DNA of 52,004 nucleotides from Vitrella brassicaformis CCMP3155 (Eukaryota > Protista > Chromerida), in NCBI GenBank assembly GCA_001179505.1, contig CDMY01000556.1, forward strand, positions 1 to 52,004, written 5' to 3'. The notes under the pieces are model-generated. The model worked only from the letters and a program-made list of their open reading frames with translations. It had not been told where the DNA came from and made no database searches. The position numbers and the translations under genes are program-made. Below, one piece after another: positions 1-12,098 of the stretch; position 1 is the first letter of the stretch, and every line of letters starts with the position of its first letter.

Positions 1-245
1 ATGGAGCCACACTCGTTAACACGTCTGTCCATCCCTCCACTCATACCGTCTCAGCCAGGCCAACACACACAGAGAGAGGAGAGAGGGGAGCAGACCCGCC
101 ACCCACCCATGCGCGCGCCCATCCACCCACCAGAGGCATGGGAACATTCGCCTCACACCCAGCCATTGTGCCAACATCAGCAGCTCACCTACGCTACACC
201 AGTCAGCAGGCTACAGGTAATCTGCCTGTGTCTTGCTCTCACCGT

Positions 246-3200
246 CTAGGGGTCACGAGTGGCCATCAGCCCAATGCGCCCATCATAAACCCGTGTGTTG
301 ATGGTGAAGCCGCCCACTCGAGTGCCGTTGGGGCACAGCTCACGAATGGCGTCGTGAAGGCGGCCATGCATCGGCAGCAGCACCACCACACGCCTCAGGC
401 CGCGGACACCGGCGGTGAGCAAAGTCGACAGGCCGCTGCGGATGAACTCGGCAGCAGCAAGGGGCTCCAACTCATCAGACACTGACGAATGGCGGCACAC
501 AAACACAAACACACGATGAGCCGACGAGCACCTCGCTTCACTCACTGCAGGCATTCGCGGCATACCTTACCTTCTAAGAACATGCATATCTCTCCAATCG
601 ATGGCAGGCGACTCGACCCCCAGCCGTCAAAGACGCCGCCCTGCTTGAGACTGACCGCATCTAACGCACCCACATGGACAGTGCGCACCTCCCTCCCCGC
701 CCCCAATCCCTCCAGCACGCCGATCCTGTCCTGTGCACTGACAGCTTCATCAAACACCACCCACCCCACCTGTATAGGCATCTTCTCTGCCAGCAGCCGG
801 CCCGTAGCAACGCTCAGACGGCTGTCGACACACAGCTCTCCCACCCTCGGAAACGGCTGCAGGTGGTTGATGATGGTCGGGACGGGTGAGGGGCTGCCGG
901 GAGGGGGGACGAAGCCATCGGCATTGTGAACCGACACCCACTCCACCTTGTCGAATGTGAGGCTCTGTGCGATGTCGATGGCCGCCTCGCTGGGGCTGTC
1001 GAGGGGATGGGTGATGTCATGCTGGCTGATGGTGTAGACCACCCTGGCCGCCTGCCGTGCCGCCTCCTTGATGGCCGTCTTGATGAAGGGCGAGGGGCGA
1101 GGGGGGAACATGTCGGCGTAGAATTCGGACAGCTCGAAGAACTCATCGCAAACAGCGGTCACGGTGAGCGGCACGTCCGGCGAGGTGCAGTAGTCGTTGA
1201 TGAAGTCGTCGACAGCCAGCAGGGCAGAGAGGCTGTCACGTTTCTCGAATGGTGGGATCTCCACGTCGAGGCTCGTCAGCGACTTGTGGCAGCCACGCGA
1301 TGTGAGCACATCCTAGAAAGAAGCAAAGAGAGAATGACACCATTCGTATGTCTGCACAACAGGTGAGGCCTCCCCTGTGTGGTGATTGCCTACCTGCAGC
1401 CGTCTCACTTTGTCTCCCTCGATGCCCCCACTCGCGATCCCTCCGATGGTCTGTAGGTGTCTGAGCGGCCCTGGCTGCCCGGCGGATGTGATGGGGAAGT
1501 GCTCAAACACAGCCGCCCACCACTCCCATGAACGCTGACGCCCCCCAACCTCTTTCAGCGACTGAGACGAGCTGATGAAGCGGCCCAGCTGGTCGGCACC
1601 CCAGCCCCACAGCTCCACACGCTCGAGTGCGGGCATCTTCCAGCCCCTGTCGGCCAGCTCACTGTGCACTCCGACGGCTCCTGTGACGGCCCTGAGGGCA
1701 TGGAGGGTCGGGGGCTCGGAGAGGGGGGCAGTGATAGGGGGCCCTGTGAGGGGTAATTGGTAGGTGGCAGTGGTGAATTGGATGGTCTCCAGACTGCCCT
1801 CCGCCATGAGCCGCTGCCCCTCCTTCTCGCACGCCTCGCGTCGCCCGACCGCATGGCCTCCACGACGTATATCATGGTGTTCAGACACCACGACTGGTCG
1901 AGGAATGGCTGCACGAGGGTGAGGGCCGTTAGGTTGATGAGCCGCTTGCCGAGATGGAAGGCCTCCTCAGCCATCATGCTCCCCCAGAACTGCAGGTCGT
2001 CCTCGTTGCTGCAGTCGATGGCGATGTGGGTCTGCTGGTGAAGGGCGGCCGTGTGGATGGGGGAGGGGCTGCCCTGTGCGGCGCCGCCGGGTCGTTGCTG
2101 CTCAAAGGCCACACTGCCAGACAGGATGACTCCAGTCGAGAATGACGATTAACTGAATGAAGATGACGCCGCCACACCTGGTCGATTGACCAGGTGTGGT
2201 CGACCCACACACACATGCAGCCAGCAGGAGATTGACCCATCCCTCCATCCACTTATCCATGTGTGTGTTGTCAGCTGACGTCACTCACCTGTGCCGCCAG
2301 TGATGCTACCGCTGAAAGGGTCGAACATGCCAGCCGTCCCGGTGGCAGCCCCGCCCTGGCCAGGCAGACTCCCTCTGTCAGTGCCGCTGCTTTTCGACCC
2401 GACGTCGCCGACGAGAGAGCCACCTCCCGACGCTGCCGCCTCACCACAAAAAAGATTGCCACCTCCTCCCCCCGTGGATGCCTTGCCGAGCTCGAATGGG
2501 CTGCTGATGGGTGTGGTTGTCGATTGTGCTGTGGATGGTCCTTTGGCAGGCGCGAAGCTGCTGCCGCCGAAGAGGTCCGCTGGGGCTGCGGTGGTGGTGG
2601 TGGGGCTGGCGGTGAAGGAGGGCGAAGGTGCGCCACTTAGGCCGTTGAACACGTCGGTGCTTGGCTTGGGTGTGGGTATGGCTGCGCCAAATGTGGACAG
2701 CGACGAGGTGCCGCCGCCTGATGACGCAGCTGCACTCGACAGGCTCCCCTCTCCCGCCGATGTGCCAGACAGAGCTGATACCGATGGCGCACCCGGAAGT
2801 ACCCCGTCGGCCGTGTCCTCGTTGGCCGCAGCTGTGGTCTCGCCCTTGAGGGGTCCGGGGGCGGCGCCCGCAAAGAGCGAACCGCCAGTGGTCGACGGCA
2901 TGGTGGAAGACGATGTGATGGCCGAGAGAGGGTGCTGCCGTGGCCGCCAATCGAGGGAAGACGGCTGACAAGAAAATGACAAAGGAGGCAGCGGTGGTTG
3001 CATCGCTCTCGGCGTCCATCTGCCCACTCACTGGCCAGATTTGGTACGTGTCGGCTTCTGTCTGCGAGGCTTCTTGTCGGGGACCCCATTCGTTCCAGGT
3101 TCGAACGAGGGGCTGTGGGAAGATGGCCGACAGCTCGCGAGGGCTGAAGAAGCTCAACAGTGACGCCAGAAGGTCCCCGCCGAAGCGTTCAGGGGCCCGC

Positions 3201-3620
3201 ACCAAAGACAGGACCAAGGGAGATAGACATGAGAGTGGCTGACATCATTCGTGTGTTGTGTGTGGCTGTGTGTGTACCTTCTTGCTAACGTCCCACACCT
3301 GCACACACATCACACCACACACCAAAGCACCAAGCATCACAAAGTGCTGTCCGGAACCTTTCTGTTGAGGCGTGTCTGTCTACCACGGGGGCCGTTTGGT
3401 ACGTGTTCGTCGGCGCCGTGGTCTCGTTGTGCGGCACCACCACTTTGAACTCCTCCCGGTGTCCGCCCACCTCCCTCATGTAAAGCACCGTCCGTCCACC
3501 GCGCTCCTCGATGCGATACACGTCGGCCTTGACCCACCTCTGCTTGCCCTTCTCCCGCTTGCTGGTCACCATCTGCACACGACTGCCCTCTTTGTAACGA
3601 CTACTCGCAGAGCGTCCCAT
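246..3620 (-). pseudogene. Lineage-expanded hypothetical protein (F-box-like N-terminal helix, Ser/Gly/Thr-rich FG-like insert, leucine-rich C-terminal region); apparent frameshift at ~1857
   Basis: Approximate exons: 3620-3375 (MGRSASSRYKEG...), 3235-3032 (LSLVRAPERFGGDLLASLLSFF), 2964-2289, 2113-1394, 1312-550, 480-246 (stop TAG). GT-AG introns seen at 3031-2965 and 1393-1313. The plausible reading frame switches from ...WCLNTMIYVVE to GHAVGRREACEKEG at ~1857 with no intron. The junction near 2289/2113 is uncertain. Confidence 0.65.
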
Positions 3621-4922
3621 CGCCTGATGAATGAGACAAACAAACCACAAAGAAATGCCCAAACAAATGAACGAATAATTTGCACCTCACGGTGTGTGCC
3701 GTGCTCACTTCTGCTTGAGGCCGAACAGACGAAGATGAAGCTGCTGCCGCCGCTGCCATGGCGACACTCAAACACGGCTGACGAGAAGAGCACAGAGGTG
3801 TGTGTGTGTGCATCTCTCTCGGCATCTCTCTCGTCATTCGTGTGCGGCTTACCGCCGAGATCTGCCGAGCAGAATTCTATGAGCCGAGGCTTTTATCGAG
3901 GAAGCTGACGTCCCCGGGGCACTCACGGAGTGCAATTCGCCCGTACAACACTCTAATCCATTCATCAACAGGCGAGCTTATTCGCGAGCTCGCCGATCTG
4001 TTAGGCGCCGTTTTCTCTTCGTGGCCGAGCCGATTGATCACTGCAAAAGGGACCACACCGACGTCAGCGACGACAATTGAGAAAAAACAAGCAGCTGCAA
4101 CCGACAGTCACGAGATTTGATGTGCCGCAGAAAGGACCAAGGAAAGGACAAGTCCCTCATCCGGCCGTCGGCGAGTGCTGCTGCTGCCCCGCCACAACCG
4201 AAGATCTGCAGGTGGTAAATAAGTCGGCTTCGGAGCATCCAAGAAGCGATCCAATGCGTGGACGCCATGCCACACACACGACAAGCCAGCCATCCACTGT
4301 TTGCAGCATCCCCACACGCACACACACTGACTGACAGGAGCTGAGAGGGAGGCAATACGCAAAGATGGCCCACCTCTCATCGAACACAACGTCACCCAGC
4401 TGCACACACGGGCGTACAAAGAAGGCCATGCGGTGCACGTGACATTGGCCTGCCCAATCGCTGCCTGCACAGTGAGCCGACATGTGCCTCACCGGCCGAA
4501 GACAGCGATCAAGCAGTGGGAATGCCACTAGCTCCGTGCGGATGGGCTGTTTGCCGGCACTTTCTTTGGTGTGCAGCTAGAGCGACCGGAAGAATGAAAT
4601 GAGAATTGATTGATGCATACGAAGTCACACGAACGAGCAAGTAAACCAACAGAAATGCAAACATCCACCGTAAACCACCCCCTACTCAGATCAAGATCAT
4701 GCAGATAAGTAAGGAATGCCGCCACCCGACCCGCAATGTCTGTCTGTCCCGAGGCAGCCCAAAACACGCCATATGTGGGTGCAGGGCCCATGGACAAATG
4801 AAGACTTAAACCGGCAATCCACTCCCTTGTGGCACTATACGTACAGTACCGACCCACCGACACTTATCCCCCCTCTCTCTCCCTCTCTGTGCCTGGCATT
4901 TAGGTAGCCGGCCAGCCGACCA

Positions 4923-6979
4923 CTACGCGGCCACCACTTTCTCCCGGATGATGGCAGCTGTGCGAGGGTACCGCTCATCTGGGCGGCGCTTCCAAGCGAC
5001 AGGGGGCTCGGTGGTGCAGATCCTCATGCTGAAGTCGATGCAGACAAGGAACTCATTCGCCGCCTTGTCCCCACACAGAATTAAGATCCCCTGGTGGCAC
5101 AGCGTATTTGCGTCGTCGACCCACCACAAGCCCGCTTTGCGGCAGCCGTTCCACTGGCCCCTTGCGCGCCGCATGATGTCTTGAGTGAGCTGGTAGTGGC
5201 TGGGAGGCGGAGCGATGAGTAGGCATGGAAGGGTCCAGTGGGGGCAAAGACGGGGGTCCATCCCTATCAAAAAATGTTGGTCGACCAGCCGATGATATCC
5301 GTGAATGAAGTATATACGCACTTGCCACCTGCAGACACGAAACAAACGATCCACACACTCACTCCTCTCTCTCTCCCGCCGTCCATCCCATGTGTGTGTG
5401 TGTTCGCTCTCCCGGCCGCTCTGCTCACGTCTGGTCGGCGGGTCGGGATCACTCAAATCGATGCCGACGTACGTCAGTGCATCGTTGTCTGCTGAGTCGC
5501 CCAGATAGTCTTCGCCACTGACACGGCTCAAACGAATGGCTGTGAAACTCAGGCGGTGACTGAAAAGTGAGTACTGACGGACGCCTGTGGTCGCGAGCTG
5601 AAGACCGCCCGGCCGCCCACTTGATGCAGGTCGTATGCCGTGATGACGATGGGCAGAGAGGGGAGGAGGCGGCTGCTGTGCTTGAGGTAGTGGATGAGCG
5701 ACACACACCGGTCCCAGCAGCCGCCCTCCTCGATGACGTACAGCAGCCGCAGCAGATAGCCCACCCTGCCGTCGATCCGTAGCAGCTCATGCATCAGCTC
5801 ACTCCAGAGCAGACGGCACAATAGGACCAAGCAGACCGGCGACAAAATACAGAACAGCCATGGGATGACCACATCGGTGAGCAGTGCACGGCCGCTCAGC
5901 TGGTCCAGAGATTTCTTGTCGCCCAGCAGCACTGAAAACTCGTCGGTCGTGTAGCAGAGCCATGCGACGTACCAGGCGGTGTAGATGCCAAGAAAGAGAG
6001 GCCCCACGATGCAGAGCAGCGATCTGATGACCTCAACGATGAGTATTGGGCGGACGTCCCGGCCTTCGAGCGCTGATTTCTCCGCGACATCCTTGCCCAG
6101 CTGATGCACCCAGGAGTCCTCGCTCGACGTCATCCAGGCGGCGTAGACCCCAGGGAAGCAGAGCAGCACCACAGCACACGCGAAGCACCGCCTGCCGGTC
6201 GCCAGCGCCACACGCAGCCCACTCCTGACTCGGCGCTCGATCGCAGACCACAGAGGGTGAGGGAAGTCGTAGAACGCCACCCAAAACTGCCTGTACGCTC
6301 GCACAATGAAGGACGCCTCACCAAGCAATCGAACGACCATTCTTATCACGGGGAACGGTATCACGAAGGGCAGAAAGGCGATAGGTAGCTTGATGCCCCA
6401 GCCGATAAGAAGGTCGAGAAGAAACTTGATGCTCCCCTGAACCCACGGCAATGCATCCAGCGGCTGCAGCACCCACGGCAATGCGTCCAGCGGCTGCAGC
6501 AGAAAGTCAATCGGCGGCACGATCACACCGAAGATACCGGCCCAGACCACAATATAAACCACAAACAGAATGCCCACACCCACGGTAACTTGAGTGAGAG
6601 TGAAAGCCACACTGATAATGGCCGCGATCCACTGCAGCAGGACCAGCAGGACAGTCTCGCAGCGCTTGTGGTACGTCAGCACTCCACTGAGGCCCTTGTC
6701 GCGAATGGCAGCGTCGAGGCGGTCCGTCAGGTAGGTCTCGCTGACCAGCTGGGAGCCGACGCTCTTGGATGAGGCTCGGAGGGGGCCGCAGTCGTCGGCG
6801 GTGAGGGAGTCCAGCAGTTGCCTCTCCACATCCTCAGGCAAACCGACCAACCAACACCTACCGGGGACCGACTGACATTCGCACAAACACATGGCCCACG
6901 TGACATACCCAGTGGATTCATGTGTGGTGCTGTGTGGGTGCTCACTCACCGTTGGTGCCCCTATTCCGCTACTCGCCAT
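4923..6979 (-). pseudogene. Lineage-expanded hypothetical multi-pass membrane protein; apparent frameshifts at ~5584 and ~5285
   Basis: ORF 5549-7126 gives LVGLPEDVERQLLDSL followed by several hydrophobic helices. ORF 4923-5708 gives the C-terminus (ILCGDKAANEF...ICTTEPP...RYPRT). The frame change AVFSSRPQA->VRQYSLFSHRL has no intron. After the intron at ~5428-5330, GKCVYTSFTDIIGW switches frame to VDQHFLIG. The start codon is approximate. Confidence 0.6.
6441..6500. repeat. 30-bp in-frame tandem duplication (LQPLDALPWV x2)
   Basis: acccacggcaatgcatccagcggctgcagc followed by acccacggcaatgcgtccagcggctgcagc (1 mismatch). Confidence 0.95.
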
Positions 6980-8798
6980 CAGTTCCCGACAGCTCTCTAT
7001 CTCCTGCACCACATACATAAGTACACACGGAATGACAGCGTGCTGTTGGTGTTTGTGTGTTCGTCGTGCTGCCATGGCATGGGCAACAAGTGTGTTGCGT
7101 ACCGGCGAAGGTCCGACAGAAGACATGGGTCACAGACCACGTATCATCTGTTCAATGACCACACTCCAGAGCCAGATCCAGCCAGCCGTGTCAAATACGC
7201 GTCTGCCAACAACAGCTGCCATCAAACGTGCGAAGCACATGCGAGCTTGCGATCCGCTGCCGTGGACAAAAGGAGGGAGAAGCAGACCTTTCTGAGAAGA
7301 TTCAAGACGATGAGGAGGCAAAGAGCCGGAGGGAAGCAAGAAGACTTCATTCGACTCATCCCCTTTCACTCCTTGAGGCTGTATGTGAAGGCGTGCAGAG
7401 CCCCTGCCTTTCTGCAGGAGCCCGGCCGTCAGCTCAGCTTTCACAGTGGCCCAAGAACAGTATGGATTGGACATAACTAACTGTTCTTCCATTCTGCCAA
7501 GTGCGCAGCATACATGTGAACAGCCTGCGTATTTGCACTCATCTCATCAATTCATCACTGTTCAGGTGCCCGGCCTGCCACACGAGCGCAAGCCGCTTGT
7601 GGATCAGCTGAATGCACCGTTACGAGCGGGAGAGGGAGGAGATTGCTGATCAATGCGGATCTATGCTGCAAGCAGCTGGCCGACAAGAAGCCGTGGATCT
7701 GTTTCTCCGACTCAGAGCAGGCGGGCAGACTGACAATGCATGAGCCGTGTTTGGAGAACAAATGGCGCTCTCTTCATGGCATCCCTTTCTCACCGTGGGT
7801 TCTATTGGACCTGCTGCATTTTAAGTGTGTTTCCTTGGTGATGGAGCGGCGTGTGTGCCAGGAGGCCAGTCAGTCGTGTGTGTGTATGTTTTGAAGTGGC
7901 TGGCGTGTAGGCAACGTGATCGATAGACAGAGTGCGCCCGGACGGATGGACGCACTTGGTGAGTTATGGTGAGCGGTGGATGAGCCTGCCTGCCTGCCAG
8001 CGACGGCATGATACCATGGGCGGGCGCCGCTCAGTGTACGCACACACGAAGAATCCGGTCAGAATCCGCTCACCAATGTGTGTCATCCCACCCCCCCATC
8101 CACCGAGCCGCATGTCATACGCAGAGATGCAGCACACACACATCAGTCAGGGGCGGGCAATTAGGAAGCAGACGAGTCAGGCAGCGACATCCATCCATCC
8201 ATCCATCAGGATCCCCCCGCCTGGCTGCCTGCCTCCGTCGTCCCGGCCGCGTTAAAACACCTGTCCGCCATTGGATACAACACAGGAAGCGGGTGACTCG
8301 TCACTGCCTTCGTTCATGTGACACCTCCGTAGGTGGGTCAACACATGAACAGCGACGCGCCCCATCTGCCTGCATTGATTCTGGGAGGCGTTAGCTATAT
8401 TACATCTGGATCTTTGAATCGTAATTACATATGTAGTCAGATCTGTCGACGACACAGGCAGCTGGAAGGATGGATTCGCCTGTTGTGCACACACCTTATC
8501 TATACATGCCTCCACTCCGTGTGGCCTTCCAACATCCAAGGCCATCTCAGCTCGCATCTCCCCATAACGGCCGAAACCGTTGGAGACAGTAGGACACATG
8601 TTCTCTGTTTCTCGTCTGTGTTGGTCAAACAAATTCTCTGTTTCTCGTATGTGAAGGCCGTCATCCACCACCCCCTCCCAATCTAGCCTACCGAGCCCAG
8701 CGCGCATAGACAACATACACATCTGGGCGACGCAGAAGCACTCGAGTGGGTCAGGCAGTAACCACCTGCCTGCCTGCCATCTCTCTGTTGCGCTTCTC

Positions 8799-11238
8799 TC
8801 ACGCCATCCCCAGCCGTCTAAATGTCTCCCTGCCATCCCGCCCCTTCTCGACCCACCCCACCGCCCCCCACACCACCGCAGCCACATCCTTGCTGAAGCC
8901 GTTGTCGATCTCTCCCTCCAGCCCCCACTTGTTCGCCTCGTCCAGGATGGCCCGCTGGACCACCTCGCGCAACTCCACCTTGCGGCCACCCACACCCCCC
9001 AGCACAAAGCACTGCAGCTGCGGGCACCTCACCAACTGTCCCTCGCTGTCCCTCTTCCTGCCCCCACGGCCCACCACCTCCCCATTGCCCACCACCCGCA
9101 GTGACGCGGCGGCCTCCACGAATCGCGCCATGGCGGTGTTGATGCGGCGGCCGACCTTAGTCGCGTTCTGCACGGGCCGGGGGCTCTCGTCGAGCACCGA
9201 TGGCTTGACAAAGAATGACGCCACGCGCCACGCCACAGCCGACATGTCCAGGTTGGCCAGGGGAGTCTCGTCGTCCTGCCAGGGGGCCACCGGGGTGACG
9301 TGTGGGGGCAGGGAGGGAAGGAGTGGGTCTAATGAGGGGAAGGCGGCCTTGAGCTGCTGGGCAGTGCCGCTATGGAATGCCTTGGTCAGCGCGTCAGCCA
9401 TCTCGCGCTGAGGTCGCAGTGCGGCATTGACGGCCGCCATCACAGCAGTTGGCAGCTCGTTCAGCACCGTGGCATAGTCGATCAGCACCAGCTGGCGGCC
9501 ACGGCGGTCTCTCTCTGTGGCCGTGGGGATGCTGTTGATGTCGGCCCCCGCCCGCAGCACGGTGCGGATGGTCAGCTTGTAGTTGGGAATCTTGGCGCGA
9601 TACTCCTCCTTGTCGGCCTCGGGCGTGTCCGGGTCCTGAAGCCGTTGGGTGTACCGATCGAGCTCATAGGCAGCGAGGGCGAGGGGGCTGTCGCCGAAGA
9701 CTCTCCGTCTGTTGATCTGGTCAGCGAACAGCTTGTGGCAGAGGTAGTCGGCCACGTAGGGAGAGCCACACAGTGCCGCCCAGTGCAATGGCGTCCGTCC
9801 ACCGCCGTCGTCTGCCGTCATGTCAGCCCCGTTCGCCGTAATGAGGTCGAGGTAGCTGTCGATGAACGACTGGGGATAGTGCCCCATTGCCTTGAGGGCT
9901 GCCCGGTGCACCAGGTTTTTGCCGAGTCTTCGTTGGGTGGCGAGGGTGGGGTCTCCTTCGATGAGTTGCCGAAACATCGACATGAGCAGCTGCTGATACT
10001 CGGGAGGGAGGCGGACGACGCGGCTTGGGCAGCTCCATCATCATGTATCCGTCTGGTGGGCAGCTCCCACTCGCGCGGAGGTGGATGTCTTGACGCGCCA
10101 TCAGGAGGTCAAAGGCCGTCTGATTGCCGGATGCGATCGCCAAACGGATGGGCGCCAAACGGTAGGCTGTCTCATTGGGGTCGGCGCCTCCGTCGAGCAG
10201 TGCGGTCAGGATTGCCGCCTGCAGCTCGTCAGACGACCACTGCGGCAGGGCGACGGGGCGGTCATCATCATCGCCTTCCGCTAGAATGGTCTCGACCGTG
10301 TAGCCGGACTTGTTGTCAATGGCGAGACACAGGAGTGGGTAGCCGTAGACAGCACCACTGTCCCTGCCCTCCAGCCCAGTGATGACATCCGGGTCGGCGC
10401 CCTGCTGCCGGATGAGGTGGGTCACTTCTCGCCCATTGGTGAAGCGGCGGCCGATGATGCGCCGTGACAGCTGCTTGGAGGCGTCGCTGGTGCCCTTGAG
10501 GAATCGACCCACTAGACGATCGAGTCCGATGTGGCCCTCAGGTACAGGAAAAGCTGGATCCGCCAGGCCACTGAGAGGATAACCTGCCACACACACAGCC
10601 ACCATACATACAACGGACAGTGATTGTGCGCGTGGGATCTTCTCTCGCGTCTGCCTGGCCTGACGTACCTTCCACCTCATATTGATTGTAGTCGTCGTCG
10701 GAGTATCCGTCATCGATATAGGCATCTTGGTCATCATCGCCATTCTCCTCCTGCATGCCACCCTGACACACAACAAAGAGGCAGGCAGGGGGCGGAAAAT
10801 AACTCAAGGGCCTCCATCGCATGGACCAGTGTTGGTGCTGATGAGTGAGTGCCTCACCGATTCGTCTCCATCTGCTGCCTGCGGACCATCATCACCGTCG
10901 GCCATCTCATCGGCCACCGCGCTCTCCTGCTGCTGCTGGCCGCCTGGACGTCAACACACACACCCTCACGGACCCGGCCTGAGTGTGCTGCTGATGTGTG
11001 TGCGTCGAATGGTCCGTGTGGCAGGCCTGATCACTCACCGCTGTCTGCGCCATTGTTGTCTTGCCCGTCTGGCTGCCCGCCGCCATTGTTATCCTCCTCA
11101 GCCACATCGTCTGCACACACCATCGAAGGCACACACACACGTGTGGCGCTGATGCTGTGTGTTTGATGTGTCACATTCATCTGTGTGTGGCGTACCCGCA
11201 TCGCCACCGTCACCGTCCGCCATGGCAGCGGAGGCCAT
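8799..11238 (-). pseudogene. Ankyrin-repeat protein of a lineage-expanded family with acidic N-terminal micro-exons; apparent frameshift at ~10002
   Basis: Ankyrin motifs YPLLCLAID, LLDGGADPN, NGADMTADDGGGRTPLHWAA, GDSPLALAA, LRAGADIN. Short acidic exons lie between 11238 and 10667, then a large exon 10584-8799. The frame changes from MELPKPRRPPPS to EYQQLLMSMFRQLI without an intron. Confidence 0.7.
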
Positions 11239-11615
11239 GTGGGTGTCGTGACCCTCGGACATCTCACTTGAGCACACACCAACAGCTGCACCGACCACAC
11301 ACAGAGAGGCAACCAGAGATGGGCAGACACTTGCTGCATGTGTCGTGCCTGTGCTCGCCCACCTGTTATGAGTCAAATGGTACAAAGCCGCTCAATCAGT
11401 CCGCCCCGGCACCAAGGCAGACCTGCACAACCCGACACCGACACACAAAGGCAGCACCTCACCGACGACTAGCGGTGAGCCAATCGCGTCGCACTCAGTG
11501 TCGGTGAGAGCTGCTAAGCCGCGCGATGACGTGGCCGCTGTCGTGCGCAGACGCCCGTTCCGCGTTTTCTCCCTCCCTTATCTCCCTTCTTCTCTGAGCT
11601 CGCGAAGCCCCCCCC

Positions 11616-11915
11616 NNNNNNNNNNNNNNNNNNNNNNNNNNNNNNNNNNNNNNNNNNNNNNNNNNNNNNNNNNNNNNNNNNNNNNNNNNNNNNNNNNNNN
11701 NNNNNNNNNNNNNNNNNNNNNNNNNNNNNNNNNNNNNNNNNNNNNNNNNNNNNNNNNNNNNNNNNNNNNNNNNNNNNNNNNNNNNNNNNNNNNNNNNNNN
11801 NNNNNNNNNNNNNNNNNNNNNNNNNNNNNNNNNNNNNNNNNNNNNNNNNNNNNNNNNNNNNNNNNNNNNNNNNNNNNNNNNNNNNNNNNNNNNNNNNNNN
11901 NNNNNNNNNNNNNNN
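11616..11915. other. Assembly gap (300 N) flanked by C-runs
   Basis: Run of N with 8 C immediately before and 7 C immediately after. Confidence 1.
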
Positions 11916-12098
11916 CCCCCCCTTGCAAAGGAAGAGATCTGCACGTCGTCGAGATCTGAGCTGAACGTCCAGAGTCTGAAGTAGCGGTGCCAGTTTGAAG
12001 CTGATCTTCCATGCGAATGTGATCTTCAACTGCCAAGGCCGCTGCCGCTGATCCGCTGGAGTGAGTGAGCTGGGCAGCCGAATCACGACGGACGGCAA

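Noticed and set aside
4120-4530. Possible small plus-strand exon pair (…AEREAIRKDGPPLIEHNVTQLHTRAYKEG…WECH*)
   Set aside because: It has an acceptor-like site but no recognisable domain or convincing upstream exon, so it is unsupported.
1850-10005. Programmed ribosomal frameshifting as the explanation for the frame breaks
   Set aside because: The four sites share no slippery heptamer, adjacent stop or evident stimulatory structure. Homopolymer indels are the simpler explanation.
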